Shown here piece after piece: positions 46,701 through 54,700 of a stretch of DNA of 64,000 nucleotides (the stretch's first letter is position 1; every line of letters begins with the position of its first letter). Source of the DNA: Lama glama (lineage: Eukaryota); the NCBI GenBank assembly GCA_028534125.1, contig CM052817.1, positions 78,742,001 through 78,806,000 of the forward strand, in the 5' to 3' direction. The position numbers and the translations under genes were made by a program. Under the pieces are notes generated by a model. The model ran no database searches. It was not told the DNA's origin and saw only the letters and a program-made list of their open reading frames with translations.

Positions 46701-49162
46701 GGTATTTTCTATTTTCTGAGGCCCACAAAGCCAGAAATGGGCTTTTTTTTTCATTTTTGTATTCCCAAGGTAGAATGCTTTGCCATATAGGAGATCCTCC
46801 AAAGTTTCATATAATTGCTCAACACTTAGATTGTATTCCCTTGAACTCTCTTTTGTTCATTTATCAAGGGAGTTTTGCAATTATTACCCTCTCCTGTAAA
46901 GTACAAGTTAATTCTCTTTGCACCACTATCTCTAGTCCCTTGCAAGTTCTCTCCTCTCCTCTGAACTTCAGCTTTGGTGTTGCTTATTCAATTTACAAGA
47001 ATCTTTATTCTATAAATCTGGTCCCAGATGAACATAGGCTGTCTCCAGTTAAACACTCCTTAAAAGAATTAACACCTTACATTTTCATGGAATGATCAGT
47101 TTTTTCAAAGCACTTTTTCTAAAACACTTTATCCTCACACTAACCCTGAAATATACATGAACAATGTATTACCCTTTGTCAGCATTTAGAAGTTAAAGTG
47201 AGATGTCTACCATTTATTAGGAAAACAGAAAGTTTGAGAAAAATCGTGGCAGTGCCCACCAGAGTTCTCAGGAGGGAAGGTCCACCGTGCAGTCTTCCCC
47301 AGGCGTTGTTCTCCGATAATAAGTGCTAAAAATTTGCCTCATTCCACTTCCAAGCGTCCAGAATCCTTAATATTTGATTGAAAAACTAAGTCTTGACATG
47401 TGGAATTAACCTATATTAATGTCAAAGTAATAATCCAGGTCTTTTGATTCCCAGTATAAAAACCCACTTTGCTGAACTATGTTCATCTTTACAAATGGTG
47501 TCATAATCATCCAGCAATACAAACATGCTTCAGAAATCTGCCTTCACAAGCATTTAGAAATTAACTCTGTGGAGTTAGCTGCACTTGGCAACTTCAGAAT
47601 GTCCAAGTACAATGATTTCATCAGAGTGCATAAAAAGTCTGTACGTCAACTTATGACTCTGCATTATGTGTCACTTTCAAGCCAATGCTATGTACTCTGA
47701 TGTTTAGTGCATTTGGGAAATTATTTACATCATAGACAAGATGGGAATCAAAGATTTTAGCATCCTGATCTACTAACAATAAACTTAGTGCAAATTAATG
47801 AAAAAAAGCAACACCAGAGAGATAAATTGAAGATCTCAAATTGGTAATGATAGGGTGAAAGAAACACTTGCTGTGAGAATAAAAGTAATTAGCCAAGGGG
47901 TGGAAACAGCAGAGCTTGAAGACAAATAATAGTTCATTTCTCTCACATTCCCTCTATATTTCCAGCCACTTTCTAAGAATTTTGATGTGGCCATAAGAAT
48001 ACACCAGCCCATAAAAGCACAAGTATAACCAATGCTCCCTCCTCAAGGTACATCTTAAGCACTGGTGCAAATACACTCAATGACTGCTTATGGATTACAA
48101 AGACACACTCTAGTTGTGTCTCTTTGGAAGGACTGGATCATTTGGTGAAGTGCAGTGCCAGTTTTTCCCCACACACTGCTCCCAACAATGACTCGGAATG
48201 GTTCTCTGCCATTTCTGCTCCCCTTCTAAGGAAGGAGGAGAAATTAATCTCTCCTCCTTTATCAGTCAGGACACATATTTTGTGTTCCTTCTCCCTGTGT
48301 GACTCTGTTTATGTATTTTTTAAAAAAAAGGACAGTCCAAGATTTTTATTCTGCAAATGCATTATATTTGTTTTAAAGTTTAATATGTGTGTGTGTGTGT
48401 GTATACATATTTATATATATATAAAACTTTAAAATGGGAGAATGTTGGAGCTTTAATTATTTGAAATATTTTATCTCACTGTTATTTTAAAAAAATAGGG
48501 GGGAAATCCTGGTAATTATGGAAAGGGGAGCTGAAATAACTGAAGAGTGGTGCGACTTCCCATCTTGCTGCCCTGAACCTCTCCTAAGCATTTCCCTTAC
48601 TTCCATCTCTAAACGATGAGGAGAAAAATGCTGGAACAGAATCAAAGGCAGCAAAAAACTTATCTCCAAGGGTGCGCAGTTGAGAAAGTTCAAAGAAAGG
48701 GCACTGGATTCATTTGGCACCAAGAAAAATACAAGAAAGTCAAAAGAGTTGGGTATATGTTGGGGAGTGAGGGGACCTGGAAGGTTGGGGACTTACGGGA
48801 GAAGGAGAGGGCGTGGACTCACCTCCCAGCCAGTTGTGGGAGATGTTCTGGAGTATAGTGACCGGGATGCAGAAGAAGGTGATGAGCAGGTCGCTCAGAG
48901 CCAAGGAGCAGATGAAGATGTTGGTGACGGTGCGCATGGCCTTGCTGCGGGTCACCACGTAGACCACTAGCGCATTGCCGAAGAGCGCCAGGGCGAAGAT
49001 GAGCACGCCGGTGAGCACGAAGGCCAGCTTGGCGCGCCCAGGCAGCTCGGGGGTGTAGACAAGCGGCCGCAGCCCGTACAGCGCGATGAACTGCTCCCGC
49101 GTCAGATTGTGGTCCCGTAGCAGCCGGGAGAACTGCTCCGGGGTGATGTTGAGCGACTGCAT
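7330..49162 (-). CDS. QRFPR: QRFPR (GPR103) pyroglutamylated RFamide peptide receptor, full 6-exon CDS span, 431 aa class A GPCR
   Basis: Spliced translation MQSLNITPEQFSRLLRDHNLTREQF...NSELSENSALGNGH*. The exons sum to 1296 nt in frame and all introns are GT..AG. GPCR motifs: GN (TM1), LALSD (TM2), ERH (DRY position), CWAPF (TM6), NPIVY (TM7). Matches the recalled mammalian QRFPR sequence. Confidence 0.98.
8498..8595 (-). CDS. QRFPR: QRFPR coding exon 5 (98 nt; TM6)
   Basis: Acceptor gggtccag|G. Encodes KKKRAVVMMVTVVALFAVCWAPFHVVHMMIEY. Donor ACA|GTGAGT, phase 1. Confidence 0.96.
8815..8965 (-). mobile_element. MIR SINE fragment
   Basis: acagacgcagaaactggggcacagagaaggtcaagtgact resembles the MIR core in reverse. 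Confidence 0.7.
10069..10304 (-). CDS. QRFPR: QRFPR coding exon 4 (236 nt; ECL2, TM5, ICL3)
   Basis: Acceptor ttttgaag|ATT. Encodes IKYDFLYEKEHVCCLEEW...GKEMSKIA(R). Donor CAG|GTCCGT, phase 2. Confidence 0.96.
12250..13135 (+). mobile_element. Possible ancient LTR (MamGypLTR-like)
   Basis: The 3' end gagcccagcttattcagtgtatgagttgca resembles the recalled MamGypLTR terminus. Very diverged. Confidence 0.3.
13899..13960 (-). CDS. QRFPR: QRFPR coding exon 3 (62 nt; TM4)
   Basis: Acceptor tttttacag|GT. Encodes (G)VVWLVAVIVGSPMWHVQRLE. Donor GAG|GTAGAT, phase 0. Confidence 0.95.
14330..14685. mobile_element. L2 3' fragment
   Basis: aagtcaccttctcttggaaacc...tttgagcaagggca...cctggccctcagtaggtgctgctcaagtatctactgtttgttgaatg is L2 3'-end-like. 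Confidence 0.6.
14949..15520 (-). mobile_element. Internally deleted / apparently spliced L1: 5'UTR (15520-15084) fused to an ORF2 endonuclease fragment (15083-14949), TSD-flanked
   Basis: The minus strand starts GGGAGGAGATCAAGATGGTGGAGTAGAAGAACGTGGAGCTCACCTCC (L1 5' end with YY1-like CAAGATGG), then HILGHKTSLNKF../IEITSSIFSDHNSMELEIN. Flanked by ccaacgttgattt / ccaacactgattt. Confidence 0.85.
17391..17549 (-). CDS. QRFPR: QRFPR coding exon 2 (159 nt; TM3, ERH motif)
   Basis: Acceptor ttgctgcag|GT. Encodes (G)AFICKMVPFVQSTAIVTEILTMTCIAVERHQGLVHPFKMKWQYTNRRAFTML. Donor TAG|GTGAGG. Confidence 0.97.
18480..18815. mobile_element. L2 3' fragment
   Basis: ctagaatgtaaacactccaagagcatggatttttgtctgttttctcattgatgtcttccaagagtttagaatgg...cattcattgaat. 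Confidence 0.7.
18830..21130 (-). mobile_element. Decayed CR1/L3 LINE fragments interrupted by MIRs (~19990-20130, ~20230-20350)
   Basis: gtgctcaggatgtggtctggctaaggcagaa...aaatttacattagtttttt...gaacttgaaatcaac and aatccacttgagaattttgc...catttgccca resemble L3 in reverse. Confidence 0.5.
22058..22579 (+). mobile_element. 5'-truncated lineage-specific L1 (ORF2 end, 3'UTR, A tail) with 11 bp TSD
   Basis: tatacaatggaatactactcagctataaaaaagaat...tatagcacagggaactatattcaata...cttcaattaaaaaa. TSD aaaaggatcca at 22047-22057 and 22580-22590. Confidence 0.92.
23477..23684. mobile_element. TcMar-Tigger MITE (Tigger2a/MER8-like)
   Basis: TA target duplication on both sides. TIRs cagcggaccctcgaacaaca ... 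tgttgttcaagagtcaaatg. Confidence 0.85.
24030..24350 (-). mobile_element. MaLR solo LTR (MLT1A/B-like)
   Basis: tagtccatttgggctgctctaacaacataccacaga...tttatttctcacagttctagaagttggaagcccgagg. Confidence 0.8.
24520..26880 (-). mobile_element. Old L1/HAL1-like fragments (interrupted by a MIR)
   Basis: ttcatgagagatattggtctgcaattttcttt...gcctcataaagtgatttaggaagtgttccttcctcttct is an ORF2 fragment, followed by long T-rich decayed L1-like sequence. Confidence 0.55.
25670..25935 (+). mobile_element. Near full-length MIR
   Basis: tagagcgtgagctctggaattggactgcctgggtttg...ctgtgtgacc...gaggattaagtgaaataata...acagtgcctggcac. Confidence 0.85.
27910..28010 (-). mobile_element. Very short L1 3' end with ~16 bp TSD
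   Basis: tttttattaaagtatagtcaatttacaatgttgtgttaatttctggtgtacagcatagtggttcagt. Flanks are atgtggtgcttctctt / atatgatgcttctctt. Confidence 0.8.
29380..29920 (-). mobile_element. Old MaLR LTR (MLT1J/K-like)
   Basis: tgtattaattatgatctttcagactccaagtaaaagaaaattcagcacaactggctgaaac matches the reverse of an MLT1 3' end. Confidence 0.55.
29965..30410 (-). mobile_element. MaLR solo LTR (MLT1C/D-like)
   Basis: tgtattagttcccccattgctgctgtaacaaatta...tcttacagttctggaagtcag...ggattaggatgtggccatctttg. Confidence 0.85.
30785..30997. mobile_element. MER63-like hAT DNA transposon
   Basis: Ends cagtggtgtgctggt ... ctccatcataccatg, with internal aaatgttaacaaccagctctc. Confidence 0.65.
31167..31595 (+). mobile_element. 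ERVL solo LTR (MLT2-like)
   Basis: tgtgatagctaattttctgtgtcagcttga...aaacattatttctgggtatgtct...ctaataca, with TG...CA ends. Confidence 0.85.
33755..33918. mobile_element. MER5A-like hAT-Charlie MITE
   Basis: cagtgggtctcaaactt...gttaaaatgcagattc...ccaggtgaggctgacgctactggtccac. Confidence 0.8.
35310..35432 (+). repeat. Purine-rich (GA) low-complexity tract
   Basis: agagggaaagagagaggaaaggggagcggggagggaaagacgaggagagagagaagaac... Confidence 0.8.
35454..35668 (+). repeat. Diverged direct repeat, copy A (~215 bp)
   Basis: Collinear with 37660-37882. Shared words: atgtccacaag, atgttcat, gggagggatgggga, agctgaggga, aggtcctgcattaca. Confidence 0.85.
36314..36813. other. Assembly gap (exactly 500 N)
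   Basis: Run of N. The round length suggests a scaffolding placeholder. Confidence 0.99.
36880..37362 (+). mobile_element. MaLR solo LTR (MLT1H-like)
   Basis: ctttgcaatgtgactttgccacttctc...tttgaatctggg...aagaactgcccaggtgagcccagccaaaattgctaacc...aatagataactgataca. Confidence 0.8.
37660..37882 (+). repeat. Diverged direct repeat, copy B
   Basis: See copy A at 35454-35668. Confidence 0.85.
38240..38475 (-). mobile_element. L1 (L1MA-like) 3' end
   Basis: ttgaggcaacattggtttataacattgtaagtttcatgtgtacaat...tttccatccatcaccata...ggtaaccactactctgt. Confidence 0.75.
40330..41250 (+). mobile_element. Old MaLR LTR (MLT1J-like) split by the L1 at 40560-40975
   Basis: catgggtacatgact...cttgggccacagtgatgg on the left; gacctggatccagctgtgcttgaagc...aagaatcctaata on the right. 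Confidence 0.55.
40560..40975 (-). mobile_element. L1M (L1MB-like) 3' end
   Basis: tttttattgtaaaatgtatataacataaaatttg...ttgtgcaaccatc...ttttcatcaccccaaacagaa...aatggaatcata. Confidence 0.8.
42563..42733. mobile_element. MER5B-like MITE
   Basis: TIR-like ends cagcggttcccaac ... gctgagaaccactg, with internal aattaaatcaaaatctctagggg. Confidence 0.75.
43854..44342 (+). mobile_element. 5'-truncated lineage-specific L1 with ~28 bp TSD
   Basis: ORF2 end YIYTMEYYSAIKTNNIMPFAATWMFLENVILSEVSQKEKEKYHMRSLI, then 3'UTR, aataaa and A tail. TSD at 43826-43853 / 44343-44370. Confidence 0.93.
45269..45711 (+). mobile_element. 5'-truncated cetartiodactyl-type L1 inserted in a MER5-like element
   Basis: ccataaaaaagaatgaaatattggcatttgcagcaacatggatggacctagag...cacagggaactatattcaatatc. 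TSD taaaaagcccttcag (45254-45268) / taaaaagcccctcag (45712-45726). Confidence 0.9.
46420..46530 (-). mobile_element. Camelid (Vic-like) SINE remnant lacking the tRNA-derived body
   Basis: Minus strand GGGGAGGGTATAG...(A-rich)...TAAATAAATCAAACTAATTACCTCC...CCCCCCAAAAAA. TSD ttccttcacacttta / ttcctccacacttta. Confidence 0.7.
48385..48423. repeat. (TG)n/(TA)n microsatellite
   Basis: atgtgtgtgtgtgtgtgtatacatatttatatatatata. Confidence 0.9.
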
Positions 49163-49680
49163 GCCGCGCGCGCCCTGAGCGCCATCCACTGTCCGGGGCG
49201 AAGACTCGGCGCCGCGAGGCGCAGGCTGCCGGGGGACAGGCCGGGCCAGCCTCCGCTCCGGACTCGGGCTCGAGGTGGGTGGGGCTCCCGCTTGCACCTC
49301 GGATGTTCGGGAGAAGGAAAGCAGCGCAGGACTCTAATCCACAATCAAGTGGCTGGAAGCCAAAGCGTGGGAGGCTATCCCATTGACCAAAACTGTTCAG
49401 GTTCAAAGTTCTCTCGCTCTTCTCTGCGGCCCTCCGGAGTGCCGGAGCACCGCAGCCCCGCGCGACGGTCCCCCCGCCTCTGGCTCCCCAGCCTTCTGGT
49501 GCGAGGACGGCGCATCGGCTCCGGAGCGGCAGAGGGTGGGGCTGGAGCTCGGCAGCGCTCCACTCACTCCCCGCTTCAGTGGCGTGGCCGCCGCCTCCGC
49601 ATCCTCACGGCGAGGGAACCTCCTCCCGGGCTTCCCATTTTCTGCCCCCCCCCCGCCTTTCTCGTGCCCTAAGTCATGCT
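48810..49680. promoter_or_regulatory. CpG island covering the QRFPR promoter, 5'UTR and exon 1
   Basis: Abrupt GC-rich, CpG-dense stretch (gcgcgcgc, cgccgcc, ccccgcc GC boxes) within otherwise AT-rich, CpG-poor DNA. The TSS cannot be determined from sequence. Confidence 0.9.
48823..49162 (-). CDS. QRFPR: QRFPR coding exon 1 (340 nt; N-terminus, TM1, TM2)
   Basis: ATG at 49162 (GGCATGC). Encodes MQSLNITPEQ...ILQNISHNWLG. Donor GAG|GTGAGT at 48822, phase 1. Confidence 0.97.
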
Positions 49681-49774
49681 TACGTGTAACATTGAGTATT
49701 GGAGTTTTCCATAGTCACGGTTTCTCTTCCTATGAAATAATGCGGGCCACAGCTAGCCATGGCAAAATAGGACT

Positions 49775-50790
49775 TTTTTTTTCTTGTATTCAAAAAGTAA
49801 TTACAGCACACAGGAAATTGCCCATATAGTACAGAGAGGTCCCATGTATCCTTCACCTGGTTTCTCCCATTGATTACACCTTACTTAACTATAGCACAAT
49901 ATAAAATCACGAGTTGACAGTGGTACAATGAGTGTGTGTAGGTCTGTGCCGTTTTATCCCAAGTGTAGATTGCTCTAACCAGCACCAAAATAAGAGAGAA
50001 AACTCTTCTATCACCACGAAGATCTTCCTCGGACTACTGCTTCACAATCACATCCAGCCCCTCCGCCCACCACCTCTAACCCCTGCCAATCATTAATGTA
50101 TTCTCCAACTCTATGCTTTTGACAGGTCGTATAAACAGAAACATACAGTATATGACCTTTTGATACTGATTTTTTCCCCCCACTCAGCATAACGCCCTTG
50201 AGATCCATCCAAATTGTTAGGTGTATCAGTAGTTCTTTCGTATTGCTGAGGACGTACCACAGTTTAACCAGTCACCCACAGTAAGATATTTTGGTTGTTT
50301 CCAGTTTGGGGTTATTACAAATAAAGCAGCTACGAAGAAGAACAATGTACAGATTTCTATGTGGATATGTTTTCATTTCTCTGGGAAATGCCAAGAGATT
50401 TGGTTGTTGAGTATATGGTTTGTATATTTAGGCTCTTAAGAAATTGCCAAACTACTTTTCAAAGTGGCTGTACCGTTTTACATTTCCACCGGCAATATAT
50501 GAGAGATTCAGTTTCTCCACTCCTTGCCAGCACTTGGTATCGTCATTGTGTTTTATTTTAGCTGTTCTACTAAGTGTGTAGTGATATCTCATTGAATCTA
50601 AACTTGCATTTCCCTAAAAGCTAATGATGTTGAATATCTTCTGTGCTGTTTGCCATCCCAGTCTCTTCTCGGGTGAAATGTCTTCTCATATGTTTAACAC
50701 GTTTTTTAAATGAGTTGTCTGGTTTATTTGCTGTTGAGTTTAAGGGTACTTTTTATATCCTTGATGTCAGCCCTTTGTCAATAGTGGTTT
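49775..50790 (-). mobile_element. Old L1M 3' region directly upstream of the promoter
   Basis: tagtacagagaggtcccatgtatccttcacc...ttggttgtttccagtttggggttattacaaataaagc...ccaaactacttttcaaagtggctgtaccgttttacatttccacc. Confidence 0.85.
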
Positions 50791-50799
50791 GCAAATATC

Positions 50800-52420
50800 T
50801 TCTATTTCCATTTAATGCAATTATTGATATGTTAGGATTCAATTCAGCCATTTTATTCATTTATTTATTTATTTTGTTCCATTATTACTTTCTCTAATTT
50901 GTTTTCCCTGCATATGGGTTACATAACTTTTTTTTTTTTAGCATTTCATTTAGGTTTATCTATGGCGTTTCTGAGTGTATCTCTTTACATAACTATTTTC
51001 TATGATTACTGTATGTAGTACATTAAATACACGTAACTCATCACAGTTTGCTGGTGTCAATATTACCAGACTGGGTCAAGTGTAGAAACCTTACCTCCTT
51101 TTATGTTCCTTTAAACATCCCAAATATAATTGTCTTAGATATTGCCTCTACATACATTTAAAACCACATTAGTTAGTGTTCCAATTTTAGCTTTAACTGT
51201 CATAAATAATTTAGGACACTCAAAAGGAGAAGGAAAATCTATTGTATTTATTCATATTATTACTCTTTCTATTGCTATTTCTTCCTCCTTGATTTCCCAA
51301 GATTCTTCTTCCTATCACTTTCTTTATGTTTAGAGGGCATCCTTAACTATTCTTTTAGAATAGGTCTGCTGGCAATAAATTTTCTTAGTTTTTCCTTTAT
51401 CTGAGAATACTTTGACTTCTCATTCATTCCTGAAGGATATTACTACTGGACATAGAGTTCTGGAATGTCAGGGGTTTTTTGTTGTTGTGTTTTTTGTTTG
51501 TTTTGTTTTGTTTTTTCAGCACTTGAAATAGACTTTGCCACTTGCTCTTTTATGCATGGTTTCCAGTGAAATCACTATCATTTAAATTATTTTTCTCTAT
51601 AGGTAAGGTGTAATTTCTCTCTTGCTGTTTTCCAGACTTTTTCATTGTCTTAGTTTTCAGAAGTTCTGTTATGATGTGTCTTGGTGTCGATTTCTTAGGG
51701 CTTATTCTATTTGGGGTTTGCTGAGCTTCTTGAACCTGTAAGTTTATGTCTTTCACCATAAATGGGGGGAATTTTTAGCCACTATTTCTTCATATGCTTT
51801 TTCAACCCTGCCCTCTTTCTCCTCTCCTTCTGAGATTTGGATGGCATGAAGGTTAAATCTTTTGTTAAAGTCCCACAAGTCTGAGACTCTATTTGGGGTT
51901 TTTTAGGGGGGGTAGTATGGAGTGATGAATCTATTTTCTCTGTTGTTCAGATTGGATTATTTCTATATTTCTATCTTAAAATTCACTGATTCTTTTCTCT
52001 GCCCCATCCATTCTGCTGTTGATCCCATCCATTGAGTTTTGTATTTTTGTTATTGTATTTTTCAATTCCAAAATTTCTATCTGGTTCTTCTTTATGTCTT
52101 CTATTTCTTTGCAAAGATTTTTTTTTTGCTTGTTTACAATGTGTTCATAACTGCTTATTGAAGCACTTTTATGATAACTGCTTTAAAATTATTCTCAGAC
52201 AATTCTAACATCTCTGCCATCTCAGTGTTTATGTCAATTGATTGTCTTTTTTCATTTAAGTTGAAATGTTGCTGGTTATTGGTATAGTGAGTGATTTTCT
52301 AATAAAACTGGAAATTTGGGATTTTATGAGAATTTGACTTTTTTGTTGACCTCTGATGACAGCTCTTCAGCAGGGGAGTAGAGGATTCCACTGCATTACT
52401 GCCAGGTAGGGATAAAAGTC
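50800..52420 (-). mobile_element. Old L1M fragment including an ORF1 remnant
   Basis: The ORF at 51550-51759 (-), VKDINLQVQEAQQTPNRISPKKSTPRHIITELLKTK, is L1 ORF1p-like. Confidence 0.85.
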
Positions 52421-52650
52421 CAGAAATAGAAAAAATTAGCAATTTGCTTTTGGGTACTCACCTGCCCATTTTGTAACAAAACTTTTGTTTTTTAAATTCA
52501 AGGTGACTTCTCTAGACACTAAGAAGAAAGTAATGAAATTTCATGGAAAATTATTCTCATTATACTCATCCCTCACCACTACCACCACCACCTCTTTCCA
52601 GTCTTCTACATTCAAATAATAATGTAAGTATTATAATGTACACCTACTCC

Positions 52651-53047
52651 TGTGGACTGACTTGTGCCCCTCACTCCCACAATGTGACCATATTTGAAGA
52701 TAGGGTCTTTAGGAGGTAATTAAGGTTAAGTGAGGTCATAGTGTTGGGACTCTAATCCAACAGAACTGGTGACCTATTTATAAGAAGAGGGAAAAAAAGA
52801 GATCTCTCCATGTGCATGCACCAAGGGAAGGCCACGTAAGCACACAGTGAGCAGGTGATTAGATAAGCCAGGTAAGAATATCCTGGCTTCCAGAAAAGCC
52901 AGGAAGAGAGCTCTCGTCAGAAACCAAATCAGCTAAAACTTTGATCTTGGACTTCTAGCCTCCAGAACTGTGAGAAAATGAATCTGTGTCGTGTAAGACA
53001 GACACTCTACAATATTTTGTTGTGGCAGCCTGAACAGACTAGGATAC
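52651..53047 (+). mobile_element. MaLR solo LTR (MLT1A/B-like)
   Basis: tgtggactgacttgtgcccc...gtaattaaggttaagtgaggtcat...ttgatcttggacttctagcctccagaactgtgagaaaat...gcagcctgaacagactag. Confidence 0.88.
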
Positions 53048-54375
53048 CTACGTTTTTCTAACTTTGCCTCAATTCTTTCCTTAATTTTATATGCATCTTG
53101 TAGCCATTGTTCTCTATCATTAACTTTCAAGATAACATGAAAACTGAGAAATAAAAAACTCAGAATACAAATATTCAGAAATCTACCTGCTAACCCACAC
53201 GTGGTGTTGGAAATGCAGGGGTTCTCTAAATCTAACTCCGGCGTCTACCCACATATTACTGCAAACATCCAGGAATGCCGTTGTTGTAATTTTCAAAAAC
53301 AATGTTGTGCTATTATATTAAAAACATCTAGCATTCCAAAAAAAGCAACGATAAGTGAAGGGTAGCATTATAACTACTGAGAGAAGCCTAAAAAAAGAAG
53401 CTGCCCTAATGGTTACAGCACACCTAAACCTCCTTGTAGAATTGACGGCCCACATCTGTAAGCCTGATTCTCTGGGCTGTGGGGTGTAGATCTGGATCAC
53501 AGGGAGGAATGCTCAAATGGTGCGGGAGACACAGAGATGGAAGACCCACCCTGCCTCTCCCTGGGCCTTAGTATGGGGGTCAAGGAAGGCTAGCAGCACA
53601 GATGAAATCTCTGGATTTCTTGAGGCTGGAGTGAGTCTGGTGTCACCATATTCAATTCCCTGTGCTGTGTGGACACGTGTTACTGTGGACAGCAGTGGTG
53701 CTGACCTGGGTGCCGCAGCCCCAGGGCTACTCCGCACTCTTCACACAGATGAAAGAGTATTAGAGAATGAGGGAGGTGTGAGAAGGGAAGATTAGCTCCC
53801 TCAGTGGCTCCCTGGGATATATTGGAAAGCCCTGTGAAGCCAGAACAGTAGAATTTTATTTGAAATATTACATGATTAATGTTAGGATTTAATTGGAGCT
53901 AAATATGAAAAAAAGATGAAATTCACTTTTAAAGTTTGAAACTCTCTCTTTGCTCTTCTTCCCCCAATGATATTGTATAACTTCTCACTTCTACCACTTC
54001 TTCATGCCTCTTCAACCCTTGCTCCCCCATCTTCCCAACCCACTCCACCTCACCAGTCTACACCCAATCCCCATCCAACTGAAAATATCCCTACTAAGAT
54101 AACCCAAGTCCGATCTCACAGGGCACTCTCAGCATTCCTGACCTTCTCCTCCATCTCAACCCCACAAACCCTCAGTAGTCCAGTTCTTCAGATCTCTTTT
54201 TATTGCTAGAAAACTGAAAAAGTAAATGACCAGGCACTGTGCTCATCATTGAGTGTGGCAAAGAAACAGACTGAGCCCTTGCCCTTAAAGCATAACTCCT
54301 GATGAGCAGAGAACTGGGGCCTGTACACAAAAACATAAAACACAGCTCAGCCTTTGGACGGCTCGTGATCTTGTT

Positions 54376-54700
54376 CAGGGGTCAGCAAACTACAGCCTGG
54401 GCCAAAGATGGTCCACTACTTATTTTTGTACCACCCATGAGCAAAGAATGGTTTTACATTTTCAGATGGTTGAAAAACAATCATAAGGAAAATATATTTC
54501 ATGATACACGGACTTTGTGTGAAATTCAATTTTCGGTGACTATAAAAATAAAGAAGTTTGGCAAGCAACCATACTCCTTTGTTTACATATGGTCTGTGGC
54601 TGTTTTCCTGCTACAATGGCAGAGTTGCATGTTCACAATGGAGACTTCTCAAAGAAGAAAGTACTGTCTGATCCTTTGCAGAAAACGCTTGCCAACCTCT
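54376..54700. mobile_element. MER58-like hAT-Charlie element
   Basis: caggggtcagcaaactacagcctgggccaaa...tttgcagaaaacgcttgccaacctc. Confidence 0.8.

Noticed and set aside
48680..49829. Several 100-195 aa ORFs on both strands over exon 1
   Set aside because: Expected from stop-poor GC-rich CpG-island sequence and the antisense or shifted frames of QRFPR. No recognisable domains.
53683..53706. REST/NRSE half-sites (GGACAG and reverse TCAGCACC)
   Set aside because: Half-sites are in non-canonical orientation and spacing; not a supportable RE1.
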